64,000 nt of DNA from Callorhinchus milii (lineage: Eukaryota): the NCBI RefSeq assembly GCF_018977255.1, contig NW_024704742.1, positions 42,348,001 through 42,412,000 of the forward strand, written 5' to 3'. The position numbers and the translations under genes were made by a program. Shown piece by piece: positions 1 through 12,390 of the stretch. The notes beneath the pieces were generated by a model that was not told where the DNA came from, did not search any database, and saw only the letters and a list, made by a program, of their open reading frames with translations. How positions within the stretch are numbered: the stretch's first letter is position 1; every line of letters begins with the position of its first letter.

Positions 1-1802
1 GGTAACAGTAGCAGGGACAGATGTCTCATGAATTTTACTTTGTTTTGTTTCAGGAATAGGAAAGAATTACACTTGAGTCTAATAATGATTCAATGAAATA
101 AGCACTTTCTTTATTCAAGCACAACTATGATATAAACATAAAATCCCAATGTAGCACATCACTTTCCATTTATTCCTGTTATATTTAATTCCTGACCCAG
201 GCATCAAATGTCCCTAATTATCTGACTTGTAATGCTCAGCTCACGAAATAGAGGCATTCCGCTGCTCATTTTACTCAGACACAGTAATGCATTGAATCAA
301 ATCACTTATTTGCAACAATTGTTTGCTTGAACCGCTAACTGAAAGATGAAAGGGAAGCAGTACAAATATTCGCAAGGTCCTGATTTTAATCTGCGGCCCA
401 CAATCCAAAATTAAGCCAAACATTTTTCCGGTAAAATGATTCAGATTTAACTCTTACCTTGTGTCAAAAGAATGATTTCCTATCACTGGAGTGATCTGTG
501 AGTAATGCTTCCACTGATAGTTTCCTATCATTCTGCCTATTGGTCTGTGTGAGTTAAATGACACTCGCCTCAGGATACAGAACTGGCAGCTTGTACATCA
601 CGCATCACGAGATCTCACGTCACAAGAGAGTTTTGGATTAGGAAACTACTCGTTTCATCGACCCGTTTGATCTCGTCTTCCCAGAATATCCACCTTACCA
701 TCTAGTGTCCTGAGAGGCGAGTTGCTATCTCAGTGTGATGTTATGACGTATATATTATCATGCATGTTGTATGTGTGCAGTTATATATGTGGTATTCCTG
801 CAGCCCCACACTAAATTATTTATCTTATACCTTCAGAGGCAGAAAGAGTGCTGCAGAAGCACTATGCTGCCATATAATAATAATACTTGCATTGGATACA
901 GTGCCTTACCACGTCTTTGAGAAGTCTCAAAGCGCTTCACAGGATACACTGTAAAGTGAATTGACTATATTTTGTGGGTGAAACGTGGCAGCCAATTGTG
1001 CAAAGGAGTGGCCCACAAACAATCATGGGTAGCCGCAGAGTTGAGAGGGGTAAGTACAATATGTTTATATCTTAGCAAATACAAGGTTACCTGTTTCCTT
1101 CAATTTAATACCTTGGTCAAAATATTTTAACCTTATCTTTTTGTAGCTAGGGAGAGCAGAGTGGGCATTTGAGAACACAGTCAAGTGGGGGAAATTAAAA
1201 AGCAGAGAGGAAAAAAGAATCAAGGAGTAGAACTACAGTTTAGCTTCTGATGCTGCTGAAATAACTGAAATGTACAAAAAATCTGCCCAGAGTGTGGGGA
1301 GCAAAGTCGAAAGCATTCCATAAAATGCACCAAGGGAATCACTCCCCATCGATGGAAAATGTGGGCGATCACAGTTCAAGATTTAAACCTGTTTTTGTTT
1401 GTTGATATTTATATATATATATTACGTAGAGAAAAAAAATATTTGGGTAAAGAGACTAAAAGTCCCGCTTAAATTCTCACTAGCTTTCCACTGCTCTCCA
1501 ATGATAGTGTCACAGTTTTGCATCTATCCCATTGACTGCACTTTGATCATCTTTCCCTCCACAACTCTTCTTGGTTCCCACCCCTAGTTTGGGTGTCAAG
1601 CATTAATAAATGTTTTCCGATGTGAAAGGCACTATATAAATTGAATTGTATTTTTATAGTGTCTTATCAGGTCAAAACATCTCAGAGTGCTTTTTGAGGA
1701 ACTACAGTTAAGCGTAGAGACCCTTAGCAAACTCAGAGCCAGCAAGGTGAACAACCAATTAATATGGAGGATTATTGGCTAGGACACCAGGAGAAACTCC
1801 AT

Positions 1803-2078
1803 TAATAATAACAATAATCCTTAAATTTGATATAGCGCCTTCTATGTCATGGAGAAAAGTGTTTCACAGGATATACTATAAAGTGATGTGACTGTATATT
1901 TTCATGGCATCGTTTAAGGTCAACCAAACTCGGTATAACATCTCAGGCAAAGGATAGCGTCTCTGACCATGCAATATTGCATCACTGGATGTCAGCCGAG
2001 AATATGTCCCAATGTGAGGCTTGAACCCACATCCTTTTGGCCTCAGTGTGACAATCCAACCAAGTGACCCAGGCTGAC
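1803..2078 (-). mobile_element. Family B SINE with internal deletion
   Basis: Tail at 1803-1900 joined to head ending CCAGGCTGACA. Confidence 0.7.
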
Positions 2079-2403
2079 ATGTAAATAAGCAAAGTAACTG
2101 ACTTACAGTCATAGTGGAACAAGCATAAATTTTCAATTGGTTAACCATTATATAAAAGTTCCCCTATGAAGACAATAATATTTGCAACTGCAATAACTAA
2201 TTTGCTGTAAAAATCATAACTGATTTATAGTTGCTACTCACATCGAGAAATGGGAGCAGCTACAGCTTTTATAACATGAAATAACAAGGATTTAATAAAA
2301 ATGAATTTAAATAAATGATAATACAAGCATTTTGGAATGAAACAAACATTAGTTCACTTCAACGGAAAATAATATTTAGGGACCCTGAACACCAAAATAA
2401 TCT

Positions 2404-2861
2404 AATAAAAATAATCCTTGCATTTGATATAACACCTTTCATATCGGGAGGATAACTCAAAGTGCTTCACAGGATATAGTGTAAAGTGTAGTAACTGTAC
2501 TTTGTAGGCAAATGTGGCAGCCAATTTGCAGCCAGCAATGTGCTACATATAGCCACAGAGTGAATGCCCAATTTTATTTGGAGGACTGTTGGCCAGGATA
2601 CCAGAACAAATTCCCTTTTCGAACAAACACCAGAACAAATTCCATTCTTTTCGAATAATGTCTTTGGATCTTTAATGTTCACCTGAACAGACAGATGGGG
2701 GGACTCGGTTTAACATCTCGTCCGAGGGAATGCACCCTCATCCCTGGATTGGAACGCTAGCCTAGTCTTTGAGTTCTGAGTCAGAAGTTTGTGGAGACTT
2801 GAATCCACAAACTTCTGACTCAGAAGTGAGGAGTGCTAACAACTAAGATAGGCTTGACACA
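2404..2861 (-). mobile_element. DeuSINE/SacSINE1-like SINE (family B), full length, with internal duplications
   Basis: tRNA-like head, central block (TAAAGATCC...GGTATCCTGGCCAAC) resembling the Deu domain as recalled, shared 3' tail. Confidence 0.8.
2774..2825. repeat. Perfect 22-bp inverted repeat with 8-nt loop
   Basis: TTCTGAGTCAGAAGTTTGTGGA (2774-2795), GACTTGAA, TCCACAAACTTCTGACTCAGAA (2804-2825). Confidence 0.95.
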
Positions 2862-3772
2862 CTGATTCAATCCCCAATTGATCTTTTCTGCTTTATTTGT
2901 ATTTCTGATGCTGGACAGAAGTTCTCCCAGGGCTCATAGACTTCTTATATTATATTCCCTGAGCCTTCCACAGTTCTTGACAGTTGTAGAGTCTCTATGG
3001 TACGTTTCTCATTTCAATATAAAAGCCCTCAATGGATTCCTGAGACATAAAGTGTTCCTTGTTGTTGCAAAGAATAATAAAGCATAACCTGTCTTTGTCT
3101 TGGAGCTTTTCCAATAACATATTTTGCAGAACTGCCTCACTTTTCTAATTCTCACTCAGCTCTTGTTAACTCTGTAAACCAAAGCTCTTATGATTAGATA
3201 ATCCCAGCTAGGCAAGCAGTGGGAAGCTTTCCAATCTTTCCAATGGCAAGCTGTATTCTTTTAGCTGGTAATTTCTAGAAGTACCCCCAACACATCCTCT
3301 GGGGTCCCCAAGTCTTGGCTCTTTTCAACCTGTGCTTAAATTGTGTATTTACGATGTGTCCCAGTGCCTTGGAACATCCTCCTGATGCGACAGGCGCTAT
3401 ATAAATACAATTTATGTTGTTATAATGGAATTTTCCTTTATAGCGATGTAGCAAAAAGATGTCTGAGGCTTTAGTATTATTTGTAAACATACTTTCATTC
3501 TCAGAGGAAGGGCACTATCCTTTTCTTTTTCCCACTTGAATGGCTGTTAAAGGACTACGTGATGTTTAAATTTCTTTCATGCTGTTATTCACCCAACTGA
3601 TTGAAGCATGATTGGTTTCATTAGATTTCTGGTCCTGTGTGTGATATGCTTCCCTCACTTGTCACTCATATCTCTATTCCCTGACAGATGGTTTTGTTTT
3701 ACCCACTCATGTCTCCATTGATTTTAATTCTGTATTAATCTGTTCTCACATTCTCTCTTTGCTTCCATACAG

Positions 3773-4092
3773 TAATAATAATAATAATAATCCTTGCATT
3801 TGATATAGCGCTTTTCATGTCGGGAGAACGTCCCAAAGCGCTTCACAGAATATACTGTAAAGTGAATTGACTGTATATTTGTGGGCGAACGCGGCAGCCA
3901 ATTGCGCACAGCAATGTCCCACAAACAGTCGTAGATTGAAAATGACCAATTTATTATTGTTTTTTTGGTTTTGGAGGGATTATTATTAGGCGTGTGGAGT
4001 AAGGAAACTTGCCCAAGATTTCGCTCTGCCTGGAACTGAACTCAGGTCTTGCTTGCAAAGCGAGTGCTCTAACCACTGAGCTACAGGACTCC
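3773..4092 (-). mobile_element. tRNA-derived SINE, family A short form, full length
   Basis: Head GGAGTCCTGTAGCTCAGTGGTTAGAGC with A/B-box-like motifs, 3' stem-loop, (TAT)n tail; near-identical to 31815 and 42522 copies. Confidence 0.9.
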
Positions 4093-4182
4093 ATAGGCAT
4101 CAATAGGCAGCATGTAAACTGGGTAGACTCTCAGTTTACAACTACAACAACTTGCATTATATGGAGCCCTTTGTATAGGATA

Positions 4183-4544
4183 AATAATAATAATAATCCT
4201 TGTATTTGATATAGCATTTTATCACGTCTTTGAGACGCCCCAAAGCGATTCACAGAATATACTGTAAAGTGAATTGGCTGTATATTTTGTGGGTGAAACA
4301 TGGCAGCCAATTGTGCACAGCAGTGTCCCACAAACAGCTGTGGATTGAGTGATTTTTTAAGGGATTATTACCCCCGGAAAAGCAATCCGCCAATCGACTA
4401 AAAAACTGGGGTCCTACTTACTGTTAGGTAAACAGAGGCGTGTAAAGTAAGGAAACATGCCTAACGTTTCGCCCTACCTGGGAATTGAACCCAAGTCTTC
4501 TCACTTGTAAAGCGAGCACTCTAACCAATATACTACAGGACTCC
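4183..4544 (-). mobile_element. tRNA-derived SINE, family A long form, full length
   Basis: Same head and tail as family A plus an extra ~65-bp internal block shared with the 27099 and 63119 copies. Confidence 0.88.
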
Positions 4545-5465
4545 ACGATATCTTGGAGTGTTTTATAAAGACGGGGTCAGACACAAGCAACAGAGGAGGG
4601 AATGGGCTTAGGAGAGGTGACCATAGGTGCAATTGAAGAGGTAGGTTTTTAATTGGGATTTAAAGTCACGTAGCGAGCTAGTGAGAGAGAGGGATAGAGG
4701 TAGTGTGTTCCAGAAGTTAAGGTCATAGTTGCAGAAGGTTCAGCAACCAATGTTGTGGTGGAGAGGGTCGGGAATGTACAGCCTGAATTGTATTAAAAAA
4801 AGAGAAACCTATCTCAAATACAACATTTTAACCGTTTCTCCCTTGACTCCAAATGATTTTGTTTACACTCTTTCTTATAGATTAAATCACCAGCAACACC
4901 TTTCACCTCGGGTGGACGTCTCAAAGCTCTCCACAGGATTCGCTGCAAAGCGCAGTGCTTTGTGGGCAAATTATGATGTTGCATTTTTCACTCGATAAAG
5001 CTTATGCTTTTTTCCAGATTACATTTCTTTTGTTGTCACAACAGTGGCACCCTCAACTCTCCACGATTAGTCTTCAGCAATGATCCTTTGGCTGTGCAGG
5101 AAATCTATACACCTGGCACTGTAGATTATTTTAAAGCTCCCCCATTGCAATGCCATCTGTCTTCTTCATAGTAGGTAAAACAGTTAGTGATGCATAACAG
5201 GAGCCCTCATACAGCAATCTGAACCAAACAGATTTAATGAAGCCCAGCCAAAGCTTCATGCAGTGAACCATAGCATTGTAGAAGAATTCCCTCACGTTAT
5301 TAAAGATGGGAAAAAGTGATGAACCCAGTTCATTACACATTTCAACACAGTGCCAAAAAACCCTCTTCTTCAACACATAAACAAATTCTCCAACAACAGC
5401 AACAACTTGCATTTATATAATGGGGCAGGGTCTCAGAGCACTTAAAGTTGCAATGCTTACTTTAC

Positions 5466-5573
5466 CTCTTTAGTTATATATCCATCCTTATTAATGTCAT
5501 AGAGATTGAAAGCCCATTTCAGTTTGTCTTGTATCGTCCCACGAAGTAAAACAGAAAGACCTGTGACAAAGTC
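5466..5573 (-). CDS. KCNIP4: KCNIP4 core exon VI (EF-hand 3), [36 protein letters not shown]
   Basis: 108 nt, phase 0/0, acceptor ATTTCAG|GAC, donor GAG|GTAAAG; canonical EF loop [11 protein letters not shown](E). Not in the ORF track. Confidence 0.96.
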
Positions 5574-6922
5574 CTGAAATGACAAAGCAGCAGGATCTTA
5601 AGGAACAATTGCAGAAATGGGGGAGAAACAACATTTAAAAGCAAGCTGCTCATAAATCACACACAAAAAATATGTTTTGAATGAGTCTCTCAGAATTTGG
5701 CATGAAAACATAAGAAACCAATCTTCTCTATTTTGAACTCTACCCAACTCATTTAGTCTCCTGAGGAAAAGTTCTGAAGAGATTCAGACTGTCACCTCAA
5801 AGGTAAAGTAGGCAACACTCCAGATTAGTCATGTAGCTTCCAATCTATATATACATCTTTGACAATGACATTTCTATGGCCCCAGTAGAGCAGGAACTCT
5901 CATGTTACAGAAAGCATTCAATTACCTCTATCTGTATTTATCCTTAATACCTTGAATCCTGCTCCCAGCCAGACACTGCATTTAACCAGCTCATATTTGA
6001 AAGGTGATATGAGACACAACTTTAACTGCTACTGCTGCTTGTTTCACAAATCCACTGCTTGTAGTAAAAACAAATGCCTTCCGATATTTTTGACTAGCAT
6101 ATTAATTTTATATTCATAGACTTTCGTTCTTTGCTCACCCATTTAAATTACTAGTTTTCAATTAAGAACCAGAATTTTTTTTGCTTTTGTTTTGTTTTAT
6201 TTTTTCCATCTCATTTATTTCAAATGAACATTTATGCATTGTATTGTGTATGGAAGAGAAAATAACTATTTTCTAAATTATGAGGAGATGCTCACCAAGA
6301 TGAACTTTGCTGTATTGGGGAATAGGAGGAAGCATGATCCAAAGCCCTTAAATGCTGAGAAGCACAGGGAGCCAAAATGTTACATTTGCAAACTGGATTC
6401 ATTGTTATTTGCAAATATTGTGAGATTGTGAAATTCACAGGTATTGAATCGTCAAACCCAAACCAGCTAAACCTGAAAAAAGGTGGAGCAAAACAGCGGA
6501 GGGGGAAAAAGGTGGACTCTGGAAAAGTGGACCTTCTTCAGATTCAATCAGATTCGATTGCCAATCCCAACCTTTGCAGGTTTGGGATTGGCGATGTGCT
6601 GACTGACAGTTTGCTGTTCGCAAACCAAGAGTCATAATTAATGTGACAATTTTGGTTCCTGAATATTAGGTTTGAACCACATAAGCAGACATTACAGTAA
6701 CATAGATCCACACTGCAAGAAGGACTATTACCAGCTTAAGCACCTGAAAGACTAAAATAGGCTCATTATGATAATCAAAACAGCTATTGTGGCAATAAGA
6801 CCCTAAATCAATAAGATTTTGAAGAGTGCTGACTTAAACCCTGCAGATTCTGTTTTCGAGGGGAGGTCAGTAGTGTCTGACACATGCGGAAACCCAACAC
6901 CAAATAAATAAAGGGCACTTAC

Positions 6923-6993
6923 CTCAAAACTCACTGAACCATTGTGATCTGTGTCAAATGCATTGAACAGAAAGTGAGCATATGTAGATGCAT
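6923..6993 (-). CDS. KCNIP4: KCNIP4 core exon V (EF-hand 2), (D)[23 protein letters not shown]
   Basis: 71 nt, acceptor CTTTCTATTTCAG|AT, donor GAG|GTAAGT; EF loop [11 protein letters not shown]; inside ORF 6803..7048. Confidence 0.96.
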
Positions 6994-7176
6994 CTGAAAT
7001 AGAAAGATAGGTAACTTCCTCAACAATCCAATTCAAGTTGTTTGCCACGGCAATTCAAATTAGGCTAAAACTTCATTTCATTATTAGCTTTGATACCTAA
7101 ACATAATTTCAGAGAAAAAAAATCACAACAAAATCTGACCATCTACATATCTTCTTTAATTTAATGTCACCTTGCA

Positions 7177-7430
7177 ATACAATACAAATTGACATTTATA
7201 AAACATCTTTCACCTTAGGAGGTACTGTCACCCGAGCTGAGGGTGGGGGCTGAAGGGGTGGCGAAGGGAAAGGTGACCGAAGACTTGGTCAAAGAGGAAT
7301 GTCTAAAGATACCTTGAAAGCCAAGAGGGATGGGGCAAGTCAGAGAGATTCTGAAAGAGAATTTCAGAGTGTGGGTGGAGATAGACTGAAAGCCCGATTG
7401 TCAAAGGTGGGGCAGGTAGAGTGGAGGGCC
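7177..7430 (-). mobile_element. L2 3' end fragment, older
   Basis: Purine-rich plus strand similar to 14092 and 16497 copies. Confidence 0.62.
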
Positions 7431-7835
7431 AGTGGCAAACTGCAGTGGCCAAGTTGGTGCGGTATCAAATTAACTTAATCATTTAAATCACATTGATGGT
7501 CATAGAAATTATCTATCACTCTATAAACTATTGCCAATAGTTGTCAGCCAGGGGAAACGGTTCTTTTTGGAAGATGACGGTCTTTATGTCATCAAACCAA
7601 CAAAGCAATGAACATTACTCTAAAATTGTTGTTTCTGTGTTATAATCATCTGCTTCATCGATATGAACCAGTTATTGCAGACATTTTGAAATTGTGTGTG
7701 AATCTCAATTATTCACTTTCCTCCAATTTTCTGTCTTCACTTCCTGGAAGTAGTGACATGCTGGGATACCATTCCTTGGACATTGACAGAGCTCAGCCGG
7801 AGAGGCCATTGTGCGTTGTTTTTCACAAACTAATC

Positions 7836-8196
7836 ATAATAAGCCTTGCATTTGATTATGTATTTCATGTTGTCTTCACAGCAATTCACAGATAATTGTT
7901 ATCAAGTGCATTTGCTGTGTTTTTGTGGGCAAAAGCATCAGTTCATTTATGCACAGCAAGGTTCCACAAATAGTCCATAAAGTCATTGACCAATTTATCT
8001 GCAAGATTGTTGGCCAAAACACTGAAAGAATCATCTTTCTCTTTTTGATTAGAGAACAAACAGACAGTACATCAGTTTAATGATGCAGTTTTCCCCCAGT
8101 ACTGAACTGATGTATCAACCTAGGCTATAAAATGTGTATTTGGGGCTTGAGGCCACAACGAGAGCTGAGAGTGCTATCAACTGAGCCAAGCTGATA
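7836..8196 (-). mobile_element. Family B (DeuSINE-like) SINE, diverged
   Basis: Tail, core and head motifs recognisable by comparison with the 46972 copy. Confidence 0.7.
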
Positions 8197-8542
8197 CAAC
8201 TGTAGTGGTTTATTGGACTGGGCATTATCATGTGGTACAGTGTAAGCTGATTAACCAGCTTCAGTATGAATTTGGATTCAGACATAAAGAAGTTAAATTT
8301 TGGAACTGGCTCTAAATATTCGTTTCCAACATACAGCTCCTGACAATGTTGTAAAATTTCTCTGAAATTAATTGAAGAACACCAGCTGCCCACTGTTAAG
8401 GACTACTTTACAAAAATGATATATTGATCTAGCGGACATTTCGTCACCTGGGGACTCACCTCCTTGAGCAGCTTATTTTTCAGGAACACTCAAGGAATTC
8501 TCCCTCATTTGAACATTGGTGATTATCAATATAAATACTCAC

Positions 8543-8611
8543 CTCCCTGGGGAAAAACTGCGCGTAAATGTCTTTGAATGTATCTTCATTGACTATCCCA
8601 CTGGGACATTC
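8543..8611 (-). CDS. KCNIP4: KCNIP4 core exon IV (EF-hand 1 region), [21 protein letters not shown][QG]; 1 nt short as given
   Basis: Acceptor TCTACAG|GAA, donor GGAG|GTGAGT; NCS-family CPSG motif. 69 nt present, 70 needed to join phase 0 to phase 1. Confidence 0.93.
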
Positions 8612-11600
8612 CTGTAGATAAGCAGACAAAATGAATAAATCTCATATCCAAAAGCCCAATGTAATATCAAATTTATCTGTACATTAACTCCACACAGACA
8701 GTAAATCACGTCAAATGCATTTCAATCTGTGCGCTCACATAAAAGGAGCCTTGCATTGGAACAAGAAATCACTTTATGTCTTTGTAGTTTCTAAACTGGC
8801 AAGTTTAATTTTATTATCTAGCATTAGACTTGAAACATCGCATCTGGATTATTTAAGACATGTGAACCATTGACGCATTGCTGCTTTATACTGATCTCTA
8901 AATTATTGGCCAGTTCTGCAATAGTGAGTTACTCGTTTAATAAATTGAAAAATGATCTGCCACTGGAGCGTTCAAATCAAAATAGTTGTGGCTGAGCTGA
9001 AACATATTGCAAAGGGATTGTGGCTATTTGGATCACAGCTATCCAGTCTATTCAAACAATAAAGGTCTCTATTCTGCCAAGAAACATTTTCCACATCAGT
9101 ACCCTGACTGTCATTTTCAGGCACTGCACAAATACCTTGGAGGACGTAGGCATTGAGGTCTCAGAGATTGTTCAGACAGATTACAAATTGTGTTGTGAAC
9201 TTGAGGCATTATTAACACAAGTGAATATATTTCAGCTGGTGGGCGAAGACAGTTAAACATTCTAAAGCCAAGCAGAAACACAATTGACTCATTGTTATGC
9301 ATTGCAAGAAATAGTTATAGTTCAATAAGCTTTAATACCATCGCTTTTATGAAAGTGGATACTTGTAGATTTAAAGTGAGCTCTCATTTCAATTTCTATT
9401 GAGCTCCCAAAATACAGTATGCCCATACAGTCATAGAAATTTACGGCGCAGTGCAGTCATCGAGACTGCACCAGCTTTCAGAGCAAGCTACTAATTCAAT
9501 CCCATTGCCCTGCTCCTTCAAGCCTTTATCTTCCAAATGCACCTCATCATTTTTCCAACAATTGTATTCACAAGCTTTCTCATGAAGTCACTAAATTCAT
9601 AGTTGCCAAGTCGATATTTTCTGCATCCAATAAAAAAAATGACATGGGCCTTGGGGGGAGGGGGGGGGGTATTTGTAGTTCAGTATATTTGCCTACAACA
9701 TACACAGTTACACCACTTGTATTCTGTGAAGTGCTTTGAGATGTCCTCATAGGTGCTTCATCACATATAAAGATTATTATTATTTTGTTACACCAATGAA
9801 CAACAGAGGGCAAAGAATCATGCACATGATTTCCCTCTCTGCGAATTCTTGATTTTATTGGTACTCATCCGACCACCCATCAAAAAAGCTATCTAGCATA
9901 GCGCTCAGCTACTGGTCACAAACAGGCTCCAATGAGACATGGGAGCATATCACATACATTGGGACTTTGAGCTCATAGTCTAGACTGACAATCCAATACA
10001 GTGCTGGGGGAACAGTTCATTGTCGCAGGTGCCGTCCTTTGGAGGTGTTATCTTTTGTCCCCCAGAGTGTCAGCCTGGACTGTGAGTTCAGAGGCAATAT
10101 GGGACTTGGACCCACAACAACAACAAAATTAAATTTGTATAGAGCCTTTCACGTCCCAAGGCGCTGGACAGTCAGTACCTTCTGACTCAAAAGCGAGAAT
10201 GTTACATGCTCTTCAGGCTGACATGATACAAAATTCAACAAGATTAGTAGATTCTGAGACTTTCGTAGTTTATAAAAAGACTGAAGTGAGTTATTGCAAG
10301 ATTTCCCAGGAAAGTTTCACCTTCTTAGTGGGGCAGGGTCTAAGGCCGTAAGTGGCTAGTCTAAGGGTGGGAAGGGTAGGGATTCTTTCTTTGTGAAATC
10401 TATGCTGTCTCCTCTGATATCATAAATCCCTCTAGCTTGATGTCATCTGAAAATGTAACTACCTGATTTGAGAACCAGGGGTTATGTGTTTATAATGAGA
10501 AAATCCAATTCAAGTCCACAAATCTATAAATAAACTGAAAATAATTTTTCAGGTTATATATTAATCCAACATCTCTTCTGTATAGCAAATGTAGTAGTCC
10601 TTAAGGAAATTATTGTATGGATATTACCTCTGATACTGTGCTCTTGTCAGTTTGACCTATGGGCAGAATTCCACAGCCTCAGGGTCAATGGTCAAACAAA
10701 TACATTTGCACATGTTTGCACCAATTTGCCTATTCATTGCAAGATGCCATTTTCATGAAACTGTTTCGATAACCCAATGGTTCAGCCCAACCTAGAGCAG
10801 AAAAAGTATCAAAAACACCCGAGCACATGACAGACAACACTCAGTCATGTTTGCCAGGAGAAAGATCGCTGCCTCCAGAAGGGGGTTGATTTGGGACCCC
10901 CAGAGCTAAAACACAGCAGAGAATAGAAGGAACTCTTTGTGGCCGTTCTGTTTTTATTTTCATCTGACTCTTCAACTTTCACTTTGAATTGCTTAGTACA
11001 CATCATACTAAATTATGACACAAGGGAACCTTTGAACTGAAATCAAAGACAAATGTAATTCTGAACAAAATCGTAACACCTGAAACAAAAGAATGAAATC
11101 CAAATTGAAATAGCCACCTCATTACATTAACTAAAGTTGAGGGAAGCAGAAAGAGCATCCCCACAGCAGGACACTGGTGCAGAAGCCTTGCTCTTGCTTA
11201 ATGAGTGAGCAACTTCCTACTACATCCAAAATGTGAAGGATAAAAGGGAATTATAAACATCTGAACTGTGGTGTTGAACTAAAGCAAAAACGTATGAGAC
11301 ATATTTTGTGTGCTTTACTTTGTGTGACCTAACATGAACGTTGGTGCATTCTAATCTCAACAGACCAGGCAAATACCCTTCACTGAGTGGAAGCTGTTAG
11401 CATTTATGGGATTCATAGCACAATCAACTGAATTTGTGATTAAATCCTTTACTATTGAGCATCCTTTGAGAGGCTCAGAATGCACAGAGATCTCACATTA
11501 GGATTGGGGCTCACTGGCAATACTGTCAATCTTGTCACTTTGCAATATTGCCAATGTAATATTGACATTGAGATTGGAAGTGCTAATTTGAAACTGTGGG

Positions 11601-12094
11601 AGCTCAAGTTGGATCGGCAGTTTGTGATAGTCACCAAAGTGTGGGAATAAGCCAGAGACTGAAGCAGCCAGCTCAAGGGCAGAATCTCTCTCACACTCCA
11701 GCCTGTTTGTAAGTGTGGATAGTTTTAAGAAATGGCAATTGAAACCTCTCACATCTTGTGTGAATATTGTGAATTAAACCCCACTGATGTACACTTGATT
11801 CAAACTCAACCCACATTTTAATATGATGAAATCCATTCTCCCTGCTGCTTTGCCAGTTGCAGTTACATGACATTGACAATCTTAACAATGTTTTGCACTG
11901 TCCATTCAGAATGGCAGGACAATTGTGAGGTGAAATTCAATAATTCTTACAGTGAAAAGAATAAATCTATTTGATGCCCACCTTTCACATTGAGAGGACA
12001 TCTCAAAGGGCTTCACAAGATGTCACTGTAAAGGGTAATGAATGTGTTTTTTGTAGGCAAATTCAGTTAAGGCTAAGTGACAGTCATCAACTGC

Positions 12095-12390
12095 TTTTTT
12101 TGGGTCAGCTGGATGTCTGACACATGTGAAAAATGATCAATGTGCTTAAGAGTATTCAAACCAAACAGAATTCCATGCATCCCACTGCACATGGAAATTT
12201 CTGAGATATTTATTGGAATGGAATGCTCACTCTCTTCTGTAGGGACGCATCCTGCTTACCTAATTCTGGAGCGAATTAAGTGCAGAATTAAGTGCCAAAG
12301 CATTTGGGGTACAGTGTATGCGTTGGGGTACTGCTGGAGTCTAATCAGCAAAACCCACATGGCTTGCCATTGAAACCACCGTCTGGTAGA
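12095..12390 (-). mobile_element. Repeat family C copy, truncated
   Basis: Collinear with 51124-51420. Confidence 0.7.

Noticed and set aside
5455..5465. Second GTAAGC donor 5 nt after the exon VI donor
   Set aside because: Use would frameshift; no evidence it is used.
1..5465. Terminal KCNIP4 exons (EF-hand 4 and C-terminus)
   Set aside because: No sequence encoding an EM..IMKAIYDMMG-like motif found; probably outside the window.
6397..6625. Peptide DSLLFAN appears in two adjacent plus-strand ORFs with different codons
   Set aside because: Different frames, no splice or homology support, antisense to the gene; treated as coincidence.
9653..9669. G-run as a G-quadruplex element
   Set aside because: Simple homopolymer, error-prone, no contextual support.
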